A DNA stretch of 64,000 nt from Geosiphon pyriformis uo1. Lineage: Eukaryota; Fungi; Glomeromycota. The stretch lies in contig JAAOMT010000134.1 in assembly GCA_016748015.1 (NCBI GenBank), forward strand, positions 1,122,757 to 1,186,756, read 5' to 3'. The notes under the pieces are model-generated. The model had not been told where the DNA came from. It was given only the letters and a program-made list of their open reading frames with translations, and made no database searches. Each line of letters starts with the position of its first letter. Within the stretch, counting starts at the first letter, position 1. This document shows positions 37,211 through 51,470 of this stretch, one piece after another. The position numbers and the translations under genes are program-made.

Positions 37211-37548
37211 TTACAGATTAAGCCATATTTATTGTAAAAAATGTACACTTAAATAAAATTTGAAGAGTTGTTTTGTCACTCAAAATCCTTTTTTTGCTTT
37301 GCATTAGTTACAGATAATCTTTATTTTCGCCTTGATAAGCATTAATCTTTTCATCGGTTTGCGATACTTGACCTTAAAAAACTTTGTATCCTGGTCACTA
37401 CTTGTGTATCTGCCTAGCATTCAATTGAACTTTTCATATAAAATGCAAAGTTTTGCCCCTTTTTTAGTTCAAACAACCACACGCACACATTCATCCCAAT
37501 GTGGAAGTGCTTTGGTGGCAGTATTAACGAATTTTTTATGTCTGTAAA

Positions 37549-39272
37549 ATGCAAGGCTTTCTGAAGACCCTCGTGGTTAACGCTCAGCTGCTACTACTGG
37601 GTCAAACCAAAAATATTGCCTCTTTTTCAATATTGCTTCTTGCATTTGCCTCTTTACAATTGGAAGTTGTTGCGACCGATCCGTTTGATACTCCTTCCTC
37701 TACTACTTATGACTCAACTACATATTCTGGACAAACTCAGCTTCTCAACGTCACCCTTAATGTTCCGGAGACATCTCAAACTCGAGCAACGGTTTCAATT
37801 AGTTCTTATTCAAGCGGTTTTATTGAACCACTGCTAACTTCAACATTACTTGGGCTCATACCGACAACAACAATAACGACCAATCCATCTTCCTTTACCC
37901 CTACCCCTACCTCTACCTCTTCGAATTCTTTTCCTTTCTCGCCCACATTTAGTTCCCAAAGTAGGGCTGTGAATGATACTTCTTTTACTAGAAGTTCTAC
38001 TCTTAGCCAATTTAGTAGCTCAACTTTGTCATTAGGCAACAAAGATCCCTCTCTGGGTTATAACGGTACCTATGAAAGGCCTTTTAGGTTATGCTCGTTT
38101 TATACTGTAATTCGCATTGAATTTGAATAATTGATTTGAAAAAATCACCCAAACCTTTAATTAGCTCCACCTTTAAGGACCACTTTAAATTGGAGCAATA
38201 TCATATATGGTATATTTTTCATTGTAGCTGGGACATTTGAGGTTTTTCAAGGTTATAAATATATTCGAATCACGCTGTTCCTAATGAGCTATCTTTTCTT
38301 TTGTAAGTAACCTATGATATTATTGAGAATTTTAATTTTTGATCTTAGTATCGAATTAATGTAGAATTTTCTTGTTTTTTTTTCATAGCAACTGTAACTC
38401 TAGTGATTCTACTTTTGCTAAATAATGTCACAGGTAATATAGATTCCGTATCGTTTTATTTTGCGATATGGCTCTTTGCAGGATTGACCGGTGGATTCCT
38501 TGGCTATTTTTATTGGCCTTTGGGTTTAATGCTGACTGGGGCTTACGGGGCGTATGTATGAAGATACTTAATTTCGGCTTTTCTAATATCTTTAAATTTT
38601 TGATTGAAGCTAATTAAATTTTCATAATTTAGTTTTTCAATCTCAATATGTCCTATCGCAATGGCCAATATCGAAAGCTATACAATCCGTTGTTCACTTA
38701 CTATCGCACTCATGATATCTTTCGTAATCGCCGTGCACTTTTTTGAGCGCTACGTTATTATTATCACAACATCGTTTGGTGGTGCGTACACAACAATGTA
38801 CGGTATTGATATGTTTGTAGGACAAAGGTTTCGAGACATGATTGAATTAATGAGCCCCGATGGCTATTTACGATTTTATCCTGATGTTCCGATCTATTTG
38901 ATGATTTCTGAAATGATCATACTGGCAATTTTTGGTATTTGGTACGAGTTTTGTGCGCATCCAGAGCCTGTACGTGATTTTTGGTGGGGGAATGGACATC
39001 GAAGAGAAGATAGCACTACTTTTGAGGTGATTTCACCGAATACTGTCTCTCCTAATTACAATCCCATGAACTCAAGAATCCAAGTTACCACCACAAAGAA
39101 AGTGACAAATCAATCATCATTCTCTTTGACGTTGGAAGGTTTAAAAACTTTTATATTATCAATTTTTGGGCGAAAGTCTGAAGCACAAGCATCTTTGCAA
39201 CAACCGAATCCTATTGCAATAACAGTTATTTCATCTTCCAATACTCGTATTGTTGATATGTCGGAGGTTTGA
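37549..39272 (+). CDS. Multi-pass membrane protein, DUF4203/TM7SF3-TMEM198-like, with signal peptide and Ser/Thr-rich ectodomain (about 4 exons)
   Basis: Hydrophobic N-terminus and S/T-rich region. TM segments GIFFIVAG..FQGYKYIRITLFL and IIITTSFGGAY..MYGIDMF; GT-AG introns at ~38067, ~38303 and ~38552. Confidence 0.72.
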
Positions 39273-39712
39273 AAGACTTCTTAGCTAAATTCAATCTTTT
39301 AAATTATTTATGTATAATAATCTCGATGTATATGTTTATTTTCATCTTCCCCAACCGATTCTTTTATTGCACTATAATATTATTTCCATATTTAATTAGC
39401 AAGCTTGTATTTTTACTTCAGACCTTTTCTAACTATACTTTCAATCTCATGGGATAGATATTAAATATTATTGGGATCTACTTGGCTGTAGTCATATTCA
39501 AGGATATAGAATTGTTCCTTTTTGGATGTTTTCCAAAGTTAATGATGGCTTATTAACCAAGAAAGATGGTCAAAGGACTCTTACCTCAGGATCTTTCGCT
39601 GTATCCAAAATGCACTTTCCATTAATGGTTGTATTGAGTTCAATATGAATTAAAATATCCATAACATACCCACCAAAACCATTAAATCTATCAAAATTGT
39701 AAAATATCTCTT

Positions 39713-40658
39713 TTAAAGCGCAGAGTATTCTATGTTCTGTTTGTCATGTGTCGGGTATAAATAATTAATTTTATATTTTTTAAACGATTAACCAAAAAAA
39801 CCAAGATAAGCCTTGAAGTAACCTGCTTAGGTTCCATAAAAGCTAACCAGTCTGAAGTCGCGGTCGGTAACAATCCCATGGCGGAGCATTTGTACAAACC
39901 AAGAGCCATTGTTAAAAGCTGTAACAAAATAAACGTAACTTTTGGCCATAAAAGTTGTGATTTATTCTTTTGCGATTCGTAACGTTCAAATGCTATGTAA
40001 TAAAAATTTGTCAAGTATCTGATAATATGGAATATAAACCATGAAATGAAAAATGCCAACCTACCACTGTCAATAGCCATTAAGGCCTTGATGGGTTGAA
40101 AGAATAACATTCCGGTAATCATGACACTAAAAATCTGTACTCCGTTACCGCTCATCCATAACATGAATGCATTCATTGGAATGTTTTTTCCTGGGGATAA
40201 TGCTGCATCCCATGCTTTCTAGAAAATAGGATAATGAATATGAAATTAAACCACGCAAATAATCTTTTTTACAATTGAAGGGATTCTCACCTTTACTTTT
40301 AACGTCTCTTGATCCTGTTCTATGGTAGCACTAGCTTGTTGCGTCTGTTGCGAGTTTATCTCTCTTCTCCTCTACTCCGATAAAACGATTAATTAATATT
40401 TTTGATGCTAGACTAAAGCATATAAATCTTAAACCAACTTATTTGGAAAATAACTTACCGGATTGTTCCTAGAACTTGACGTATTCGACGAAGCGACAAA
40501 ACCTGGAGGATCAACCAAGACCAATTGACCCCGATTTCTTTAGGAATAGAAATATTAATGAGTACTCGAGAGTTGTATTTAAGACTAAAAATATAAAAGT
40601 GGAAAGTTTACCTTGAGGGATCTAAACTTGCAAAATCAATGCTCCAGTTGTTTGACAT
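39713..40658 (-). CDS. EMC4: ER membrane protein complex subunit 4
   Basis: MSNNWSIDF...PPGF...KAWDAALSPGKNIPMNAFMLWMSGNGVQIFS...YKCSAMGLLPTATSDWLAF over 6 exons. The last exon NIEYSAL* is inferred. Confidence 0.93.
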
Positions 40659-40821
40659 TTTTGATTTTAAAGATGAATGTTTAGTCGAATACTAATTTAT
40701 CTGGGATCGCTATGTTTATAGTAAATGAGTTCATATTAGCACGTGTTGTATATCGAAAAATTTATATTAAAAAGCCCATCTGAGCATTCACACAATGCAC
40801 ACAAATTGATTTTTTCTCGGA

Positions 40822-42025
40822 ATGTCCCAAATTTCGACTATTTTTAAACGTGCTCTTCTTCACTTCTCTTTACCTTCTTTCACTTCTTTTAATAAACACT
40901 CTCAAGAGCTTGTATTACTATCAGCTAGACAAGTGTCTGAAACTCTTGATATACATGTCTCTAGTCCTGATGTAGAGAATTATAAAAACGTTCCACTAAC
41001 AGCATGGACACAAGTCCATAATCTTTTAAGTTCAATATATGTTGCTACAGCTAAGGTTGCTTATGAGAAAGGGCAACCTTTATTGGAATTTAACGTATTG
41101 TTTGAAGAGTGGTGTGGCTATTCTGTTGAATTGTGTGACATAGATAATCAAGACCAATATGAAGTTATATTTGGAGATGAGAAAGGTAAGATCGCCTTTT
41201 TTTATTTTAAAGTAATTGATGCGGAATTTTTTCTCTTTTTAGTTTATTTTCAATTGCGAGATTTAATATTTATTTTTGTTAGATTTAATTTTAATTAGAT
41301 CAAACACGTCTTCAAAAATTCAATGAAGTTCGTAAAAAGTCTAATCTTCCAGAGATCCCAATTAGACTATTATCGACATCAACGACTCATGTTTACGAAT
41401 CAAATACAAATATTTACCCTAATCGTAACATATCATTTTCCACTGACCGAAAAAGATACGAACATGTAGCAGTCGGCGGTACATTTGATCATTTACACGC
41501 CGGTCATAAAATTTTATTGACCATGAGTGCATGGATCACCGGGAAAAGACTTGTATGTGGGGTAACTGGTAATAACATGCTAAAAACCAAGGAGTTGAAA
41601 GAATTATTGGAATCGTTAGATACACGGGTTTCCAATGTTGCTCGTTTTTTGAATAGGATACGACGAGGGATAAAGTATGAAGTTGTACCGATTTATGATA
41701 TATATGGTCCCACCGTCACCGACCCGGATATTGAGGCACTTGTGGTTTCTAGAGAGACAATATCTAATGCTCATTCAAGTATGCATTTTCTGTGTTTGTT
41801 TCCCCAAAATTTGAAAAAATTTTAATTTACCTCTACTTATGCACAGTCAACGAAGAACGTCGAAAGCATTCTTTCAAGCCACTTGAAATGGCTATTATTG
41901 AAGTGATCTCATCAGATAACTCTTCGCTGGATGAGGCCCAACTGAAAAATTTAAAAATCAGCTCAACTTTTATACGTAAATATCTTTCTGGACAAATAAT
42001 CGATCGATCAGATAAACGGACTTGA
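40822..42025 (+). CDS. CAB4: Phosphopantetheine adenylyltransferase (cytidylyltransferase fold)
   Basis: VAVGGTFDHLHAGHKILL, DIYGPT, ALVVSRET, VNEER and KISSTFIR; 3 exons. Confidence 0.9.
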
Positions 42026-42377
42026 CCTCGTGCAATGTAAATTAATGGCCTGTTTTCATATCGCTCCAAAAAAAAAAGCTGTCATGAAAAAACGTAGATT
42101 TCAGCATTTATCTTGAAAATGCAATATATATTCGTTAAAGAAGTCATAAAATATCGAAATGGTTTCAATCAATTGATATGAGAGTTGAGATAGTTCATTG
42201 CCAAAAATGAACGATGATTCTAAACTTTGAATAAGTTTAATTCGTTAAAATTCATCGCTAGGAAAAAGGTAAAACTTATTTGATAATTATTTTCCCCTTG
42301 TAAACGGGAGCTTGTAGAGAACTTTCCTAACTGGACTTTGATATTTGTCAGGTACTGTTATACTATGCCTATTCGAC

Positions 42378-44276
42378 TCATATGACTGTATCTTCCGGAT
42401 CATAATTCTCATTAATCAATCGATACAAGTACGATGGTGGATGCCCCCCACTAAATTTAAGGAGAAAACATAAAAATAAGAACTGAATGCGAAAGCAAAT
42501 ATTATTTAAACGAAAAAAAAAACCGGGACTCGACTCACGTATTAGTAATGAATAAATCCACATGTTCCGGTGTGACATAGTCGTAGTAAGGATTTAGCAG
42601 AGTTACTTTATCGACCAAATCACCTACCAAAACAATCGAATGTTTAATAATTTAAAAGGCAGCGGATAAGAAAGAAAGGTACAGAATTAGGATAAAATTG
42701 TAAACCTTCATCAAAGCTCAAAACCGGATCCGGAGCGACCAAATCATTGAACCAGTCTTCGTCATAAGGATAGAGTGGTGATAATTTATACAACCCTGTG
42801 CAAACCACCACTGGTGTTGAATGATGTTTTGCGGCAGCAGCTACCATCTGGGTCCCGCTAACAGCTATTAACCCTCCATTAGCAAGAACTTTAAATAGAA
42901 ATCGACTGACTCATTAGAATTCAATTCCATGAATATTTCATGTTATCCAAAACCAATAGCTTACCTGCATGGATCCCCAAAATGACTTTATTTACTCTGG
43001 ACATAACAGCAAATATGGCCGAATCAGTAATAACAGTTGTGTCAATACCCGCTTTTGAAAGCTTCAGAGCCATTTCGTGGCCACCATATCTGTGAATCAA
43101 TATACATTAATAAATAAATATAACTAAAGTACCAAGGTATAATATAATAACATTGAATTAACTTTACGTTGGGGAGGTTTCAGCCACTACAACAGAAAAT
43201 TTCAATTTCTTAGCAGCCGCAGTCAAAAATGCTTCAACTGTTTTTGATTTTCCAATAGTCATGATAATTTCACTAAGAAATTGAAATATAGAAATCAGTA
43301 GATCAATAAGGGCGTTGTAAGAGCTAGAATAATCGTTTCAAATGAACTCACTTTGCATGTATATGTTCCATAGCTTGATCTGAGATATTAGCATACATAT
43401 TTTCCAGTTCGTTGATCATCTCATTCAATTCCGAAATGACGTTAGATTTCAAATGTTGAAATTAAAAAGAAATAAAGCAATTTCTGAATCTAGGTCAAGA
43501 AATCAATTGTCTTTAAAATAGATAACCTCGTCCCAAACTATATGAATGTAAAGGATATTGTAACTCTTTCTATCATATTCAAAAGAAGCTTTCTTTCCTG
43601 GGATCATCGAATTGTCGCCCAATAAATTGATCATTGAAGAACTTGATCCAAAGAACCGTGAGCCTGAGGTTCCACTAGGATAATCATAAAAACTGAGTTG
43701 ACGCGTTGCTAGAGGTCGCTTTGGTCTTTCTTCATCTTCCTCAAACTCAAACTCATCATCCTCATCTGTCTCATCAGGTTTTGTATTACTTATCAGAGGG
43801 TCATCGATCTTAGCAAATTCATCGCCACCTTCAGCATTATACACATCACGAATTAAGCGTAAAACACGTCGAACAATATTTCCCACGGCAAGTTCTTGAA
43901 AATTTGTGACGAAGCATGAAGGAATTCATATTAGATGATGATTAAATTTGATCTATAATTTCAATCAAGAGGCAATGATACCTCGCGGCTGCGCCAAAAC
44001 TAGTTTATTTCCAACGTCTTTGACGAGTTTTATCAAATTTTTTACTTCTTTCCACCTAGTTGTTGATACTACCTGCCTCAAAAGTAAAGCACTTTCTAAG
44101 GATACTGACCAAGAACCTACAACCTGTCTTGAAAGGCAGAAAGCAAATTTAATACGATTGTAGAAGAGCGCGTGAATAAAAACCTATTATCAACTATCAA
44201 GCTAGGAAAATTACCGTCTTCGAAGTCTTGTCACCAAGCTTTCTATCTGAGCATTTAAGTCACGAGGCCCAGTCAT
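42378..44276 (-). CDS. GCD7: Translation initiation factor eIF2B subunit beta
   Basis: [81 protein letters not shown] and [11 protein letters not shown]. Confidence 0.95.
43455..43558 (-). other. U12-type (minor spliceosome) AT-AC intron in eIF2B-beta
   Basis: 5' end ATATCCTTT, 3' end TTCAAC. Removal (phase 1) gives in-frame [20 protein letters not shown]. Confidence 0.88.
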
Positions 44277-44427
44277 TTTAAATAGTGCTCTATCTCAAAG
44301 GTATTTGGGTTAGGAGGAAAATAAGAGCCCTACATTGACTGATCAGAGCTAGTCACCTGATCAAGAAAGATCAATATATACAAAATGTCTTTTAATTTCA
44401 TAGGGCTGGATATTGACGAACTTCATA

Positions 44428-44974
44428 ATGTCGCTCAAAGAACTCAGAGAACTCAAAATACAGGCAGGAGTCGTGAAAAGGTGAGTTAATAGAGCTAAGA
44501 TTGTTGACTTGCCAAAGTGAGACGAAAAAAAAATAAGGTTTTTTTTTCTTTATTTAAAGACTATATAAAGAAGGAAAATCATATTTAAAAGAACGCGACC
44601 ACCAAATAGAGAGAATAGAAAGAATTACGGCGCAAGGTGCTGACTCATATGATATTGCCAAACAGGTTTTTATTCACTTTCAACTTTGTTTTTTGATATT
44701 AAAACCATTAATGATAAACGTTAAATAGAATGAAGTTTTGGAAGAGACTTTACAAATGATCCCTGACTGCCAGCTCCGTCTCCAAGCAGCTCATGCAACG
44801 TTACAAAAATTAGTGGTAAATTTAAGATCTTTTTATCTTGGCTGTTTTATCATTTTCTGTCACACATTTTCTTAATTATCATTGAATATGAAGGAAAATC
44901 AAGATTCTTCTTGGGCTGGCACTGATGAATTAAACCAGGCGATTGAAGTATTGAAAGAAGTTTCAGAGGGATAA
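44428..44974 (+). CDS. TBCA: Tubulin-specific chaperone A (4 short exons, not in ORF track)
   Basis: Spliced translation MSLKELRELKIQAGVVKR/LYKEGKSYLKE...GADSYDIAKQ/NEVLEETLQMIPDCQLRL...EELNQAIEVL, matching TBCA/Rbl2. Confidence 0.9.
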
Positions 44975-46468
44975 CTAATTTAACGAGAGCCTATGAAATC
45001 AATTGACAAGAAATCATTATTTCACGCGCTTATATTTGATTTGGCGCCTGATGATCTTGGGCTTTTGAAAATTAACAAATAACACTACCCTACCAACAAT
45101 CACGAAAATGCCAAGAATTGATCAACGGAATAATGTCTTCTTATGTTTGCATCCCTATTTCCTGACCACTGGTTAAGCTTTAAATTAAAATCTATAATCC
45201 TTTGAAAGAATAACAAATGTATATTATGGGAAATAATAAAAGCGAAGATTTAGCTTCAAGTATTTGATGCTGAATTGGAAGCTTAAAAAGTCTAGCACTT
45301 GGAGAAAAAAAGAATCTAAACACTCGGGGAAATTGGAATATATTCCTTTTTGGTCTTACCCAGTGGAATTTTTCTCGCAATCGTGAAATCAATATAACGC
45401 TGACTATTAATTCAAGATGATTCTTAATTCCAACTATATTAAATTAAAAATAGCCTAATATGAAAATGTAAGTATTGAATCATTGGCCTTTAGGTATTGG
45501 AAATTTTGACACAAGTTCTAATCCTGATATTAAGCTCCGAAACATACTTTGAAATCTGTTTCATGAGACGATACTAACATATTTAATCTACTCCAAGTGT
45601 TGAATATAGTCTTCGAACAACAATAATTAGTTGAAAGCCTCATCAATTGAGAATTTTCATTGAGATCTATAGTAATTAAAAAATATATATATAAATCCAA
45701 AAAAGGAAAATTGAATTCATAAATTAGGATAAAAACAAACCCTGAAATTAAGGGGAATATGAATCTATAGAGAAAAAACGCATCACCAGCTATTGCGTGG
45801 AGGAGTAACCTTCTCACGCCTATGTAAAGAAATTCCACACCCAACAGCTGGCAGCTGTTGTGTAGAGGAATAACCTTCTTGCGACTTAAGCGAAAACCTG
45901 AGTGGTTCTCGTTTCCATTGAAAAAAAATTATGGCTAAAGTTGTCCAAGAAATCCACGATTCCACAATCGAAGGAATCTCTAAGAGTCGATCCAAAGAAC
46001 CGTGTTTCGTATTGTCCATACCCTGCAGATTTAAAAAATTCATGTGACTCAACCAATTACAATTTTGATTTCTATACCATTCGAAAATATTCAATTCACT
46101 ACAATTATTATTATAACTCGAGAGGAAAGGTTGAGCAAAAAACAGAAAATCAAAAAACCTTTTACGGGTATTGACTAAAAAATTCAGGCTCGAAAAAAAC
46201 CGAGCTGAATCCAGAAAATTATCGATCACGATGAACATCCAACTATTTTGATCACCAATTCCAACTCGGTGATCATGGCGAGCGGGGGGGGGGGGAATAT
46301 GGTCTTTCTTGGGTGCGGCAATCGCAAACCCGTAATATTAGAAACTAGAGATACTTGAGAGAATTATCCAAGTTTCCGATAAGAGTAATTCAATCTAAGT
46401 TTTTGATCTATGAAACGAGCAGGAAATAGTCAAAAAAAATCAATATTATATTTATATAAAGTCTTGAC

Positions 46469-46470
<2 letters not shown>

Positions 46471-46501
<31 letters not shown>
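46471..46501 (+). repeat. Poly(A) run (31 nt)
   Basis: Direct observation. Confidence 0.9.
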
Positions 46502-46503
<2 letters not shown>

Positions 46504-47361
46504 AAATATTACTTCAATTATGATGGCAATTATCGCTTTATCCGCGTTTCGAAAAGAACTGAAGGGATTATAAGTTTGAGGAATAAAGAAAATATCGTGA
46601 TCAGCATAAAAGAATGGATTTTTGGGGTTAGAAGAAGTCAGCTAAAGAAAATGAAAGAAAACCGAGGACGAAAAACGCGGCGCGCATTGTTTGGAATGAT
46701 TCTAAATGTCAAGAAAATTATTTTCATGTAGTGTAATATATATTGTAACAAACATGCACTAAATAGTATATCAGAAAATCAAACATCTTCTCTTTCAAAA
46801 GCTGCCTAATAGTCAATTAACTCACTTACTTTACGGGAGCCTGTCTTTCATCTTTAAAGAAACAGAAAAAAAGAACAGTTGTAAATAATGAAAAAATTTG
46901 AATACTGTGTTTCAGTTTTTGCCAGTTCTTATCAGTGATTGGTCAATCTCAATTTTTAATGAAATATGACATATTTGGCAAATACTAGTTTAGCAAAATT
47001 ACTGCATCGATTTGTGAAATTGAGTAGAGAATCTCTCAAAAAATATTTGTTAACCCTGACTTCAGGATCGATCAAGTAAATGAACAATAAATCTTTCGTC
47101 TGACTAATTAAAAAATAATTGACAAAGTAACTTTGCTATCACAATACAATAATTCATTATATTTCGGATTACGTTTAGAAATTTTGAGTTACACTTTTAT
47201 TTGCAAAAATCGATAACCCGGTTAATTCACCAAAACAAAAAGCTTATTTATATGTGTGAGATTTCATCAAAGCCCTCAAGTTTTTGAATTTGAATTTTTT
47301 TTTTGCAAAAAAAATAAAATAAAAAAGAACTTCCTTATCTAATTTCTCTACAAGGGAAGTT

Positions 47362-48263
47362 ATGGTTGTACCAAGGACAAATTCGGAAACGGAACATCAA
47401 TCATTGATTCATGGTGGCCTTGTAACCGATCAAGGCTCTTTTCCAACACCAACTGGTCCCACAACTTTCTCGCCAAAGTTCGCCATGTATTGGGTTGCTA
47501 CCGCTGGTGCCCTCACCTTTACACTAACTGTGTGGTATGTCATCTTTACCGCTGAATATATATTCTTTATATGGCACCCGTTTTTAATGTCAGCCACGCT
47601 ATTTCTCTTAACGCAAGGTAAACTCAATTTGTTATCTCTTTCTATCTTGTGAAGAGCGCGTCAATTTTTTGATGCCACAAAAAATATTAAATTTAATATT
47701 AACAGATAAAAACTAATTTTCGTATCAGGTATTCTTTTGCTGCAAAGAACTGAAACACGTGAGGAAAAAGGAAAAGGTCTCGACCTTCATAGGTCTGTTC
47801 AGTCGTTAGCTTTCCTAGCCGGACTTGGTGGCTTTTTTATTATTTTTTATAATAAGCAAACACATGATAAACCTCATTGTATGTTGAAAAAAATTTTTGT
47901 TTATGAATGACGAAATTCCGCGTGATAATTAATAATTTAATTTTCTACATAGTCACATCTGCTCATGGAATATCCGGAGCTGTCACACTATCGCTTATGT
48001 TGATTCAAGTTTTGGCGGGAGCAGCCATTGTTAATTTTCCTGGTTTATTTGGTGGAGTAGCACAAGCCAAAGGATTTTATAAATATCACCGTATTTCTGG
48101 TTATATTATTATATTCTTTGCTTGGTTCACCGCTCTAGGGGGAACTCAGGCCGACTGGACAAAAGCTCAATTCGATAACGTGTGGTTATGGCTCTCTGCT
48201 GTGATCATAACTTGGGTTGGAGTTGGTAGCAGAATTAGATTGCACAAATTGAAAAAATCTTAA
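47362..48263 (+). CDS. Cytochrome b561 domain membrane protein (3 exons)
   Basis: Four heme-type His motifs: WHPFLM, LHRSVQ, HFTSAHGISG and YHRISGY. Confidence 0.88.
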
Positions 48264-48393
48264 GTTAAAAGAGAGAGAGAGGGATTTCACTAGTCAATTA
48301 ATTTAATATGCCAAGGTTTCATTTTACGTGTAATTCCTTTTTAAAGAATTTTGCATATTTCAAATTATTGCCGATTATTTGGTTAAAGAATTA

Positions 48394-50822
48394 TTATGAT
48401 TTGTTTTCCAGTAATTCAATAGCCTCATTAATACACTTTTTCAATACTTCATTAACTAATTGTGGGTTTGCTTGTCCTTTAGTTTCACGCATTACTTGCC
48501 CTACAAACCATTTCGTAATATTGAAATTTCCTTTTTGAATTTTTACAATCTAATGGCAAATACTTGGTTAAAAACCTTTTGTTATTTAATAATCTGGTAT
48601 CAAAGAAGAAAACGTACCTCCTTAGGATTATGTGCAATGACTTTTTCACATACAATTTGTAGTTCATTGATATCGGTAATCTGTCGCCACTTTTTTTCTT
48701 CAACTATTTCATGTGCAAGGCGCTTATCACCATCAATCATTAAGGGTAGGACTTGCTTCCCAATTTTCCCTAAGAGATATTAAAAATGTGGCAAGTGAAT
48801 GTAATCATGTGGTGAATGACCACCATGTACCTGAAATAATGTTTTGTTTAATAGAATCAACTATTGAGCCCAATTGCTCGGCTGTAACTGGATTTTCGGA
48901 AAAGATTTTCTTGCGTTTAGCTAGTTCTCCAAAAAGTTCATGGGTAATCCTAATTTATTTATTTATTTTGAATAAGTCAGATTAAAGAAAGCCCATGTGG
49001 AATGTCAAAGAAGATGATACGAATTAACTCGAAATATGTGAATGTTATTTTTGCAATACCAATTTACAACCATTCGCGGATCACGGTTTTGACTAATCTG
49101 AATATTAGGATAAGAATATGGTGGATAAAACTTTACCCAATGAATCATTAAAGTTCTGCAAGCAAAGAAGAATCAATAAGATCTACCAATTCAAAATACT
49201 CCACGCCTCCTAGTTCATTCATCAGAACTCGAGCGTCATGCAATGAAATATTATAATCCTTCATTAGGCGTCTCTTTTTGGCATCAGGCAATTCGGGTAA
49301 ACACTTGACTAACTTCGATATATATTCCTAATTAATATAATACAATATTAGAAACAGGGAGGGGGGGGGGGGATTTTTTGACCCGAAAAAAAAGAATTGG
49401 TGAAAGGTCTTTACCTCTGTTAATATTAAATTTGGAAGATCCGGTTCTGGCATGTATCTATTTAGCCACGGTATGGAATCAACATAAATATAGAGGTTCA
49501 AATGATGATTAAAAAAAAATGGAGAAGGAACCTGTAATCAGTCGATGTTTCCTTTGTTCGCAATCGAAATGTTTTTCCTCTGGCAACATCAAAGCCTCTT
49601 GTCTCTGGTCCAATAGGAATACCATTTTCTAGGGACGAGACTTGCCTTTCAATTTCTACGTCTAACAAAATCACAGCACTTAATATCATAAAGAGGTATG
49701 ATTTCACTAAAAATAAATAAATCTTTTACCTGTCGCAGCCATTAAGAATTTTATACTGTTTAAATTTTTAACCTCACAACGTGTTCCAAATGGTGCACCA
49801 AGTTCATGGACAGATACATTAAGGTCACATCGTAATGAACCCTAGTTTCGAAGAGAAAGAATTCAAATGAAATTCGCATGATGATCGAGTGAATAATTTT
49901 TACGATTCAAATTTACCTCCTCCATGTTCCCATTGGATGAACCAATTGTTCGGAGTAAAACTTGTAATTTACGTAATACGATACCAGCTTCTTGGGATGA
50001 TCTTGAAAATTATTCAGAAACGAAAAAAAATAAAGTCATTTATAAGTTAAAACATGTTTGGATCATGTTTTAGATGAAAGATTTAAATTTTACCTGATGT
50101 CTGGTTCAGTAACAATTTCCATTAGCCCAATCCCAGCTCTATTCAAGTCAATGAATGCTACAGGATAACCACCAAGTCCAGCATGTTGGATGCTCTTTCC
50201 AGTGTCCTATAAGTTTAGGAGCAAATCAAAGCAAAGCCGAGTAAAAAAGTAATAATCACAACAAGAATTATAAATGGACAAACCTGTTCCAAATGTAGTT
50301 GTTTAATACGAATAATTTTATCGTATTCTAACCCATCTAAAAATGAAAGTGATAACTTACCATCCAGGGCTAAAGGTGCTAGAAAAAAACAGGTCAATCA
50401 TGAAAAAATATTTTTTATATTGAAATTATGGGCTCGATAAAATTATATATACTAAAATCACCATAATGTTGGGTTATTTGATAACCAGCTGGCTGATCAG
50501 GATAAAAGTAATGTTTACGATCGAATGAAGATATTGGTTGTACTTTACACGAAAGGGCGATAGAGGTGGATACGGCTAATTCAACGCATTTTGCATTTAA
50601 TCGCTTAAAAATGATGTCCAAGATATTTGACAAATATTTGAAATATGGTTTAATAAAAAATCTAGTATCCAAAATTTTTTGGGGATAAAATTATCACACC
50701 GGTATCGTTCCAGGGAAAGCAGCATCAAAGAGAGAAACATTAGTGTTAATGGGTTGATTAAAGGAGGTTGATGATGCTAATTTTTTTTTTTTAGGGTGAA
50801 AAAAAAAATAAAAGTTATGATT

Positions 50823-50859
<37 letters not shown>

Positions 50860-51163
50860 TGATAATTCGAAGTTAATTCGATATGGGAAAATCACCTTGC
50901 TCAAGCTTTTACTTACAGGAAAATAACTTTGTTTTAGAGTTGATTTGAGCGTGTATCTCCAAACCAATAATCACTTCCCATTTATTACGATATAACGATA
51001 CATTTTCAGAGATGACAGAACTTTTTGAAGTTGATACATTTTCAAGAGTTGATATTTGGGTGTACCATGCTTTGGGGAGTTTAGTCTTTGAAAAATTAGA
51101 AAGTTGGTTTGAGAAAGTATTGAAATATCGGTTTAAAGGGTTTATTCCAAAGTTTCTCATCAT
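48394..51163 (-). CDS. PET112: Mitochondrial glutamyl-tRNA(Gln) amidotransferase subunit B
   Basis: [75 protein letters not shown] and [13 protein letters not shown]; mitochondrial-like presequence. Confidence 0.95.
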
Positions 51164-51470
51164 TGTTATGTAAAATTAGCGAGTAAAAATTTATAATTTC
51201 GAATTTATATTTTTTTGACGATCTGATAACTGGTAAGGTATTTTTCTATAGATCATGAAAATAAGTCACTGACAATTGATTTTCTAGTGTTGAATTCTTT
51301 TAATCCAGAGGCAAGTTATTAATCTTAATAGAGCACTGACCCTTACCCTGATCACTATTTTCGGTTAAATCAGTATCTAGCTTTCTTTTCTTTCTAAAAT
51401 TTTTTAGATATTCTTAAGTAACACTGATGATCATAGCTATTAAGGTAAAAATTTTTACAACAGATTAAAC

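Noticed and set aside
43885-43981. Second U12 intron in eIF2B-beta (donor GTATCATT)
   Set aside because: Mismatch to RTATCCTT at +6 and no U12 branch site; treated as U2-type.
45192-46238. ORF-track ORFs in the TBCA-cytochrome b561 gap
   Set aside because: No recognisable domains; low-complexity F/I/L/K composition typical of AT-rich non-coding DNA.
46471-46501. Poly(A) as a retrocopy or SINE tail
   Set aside because: No upstream element body or TSD visible.
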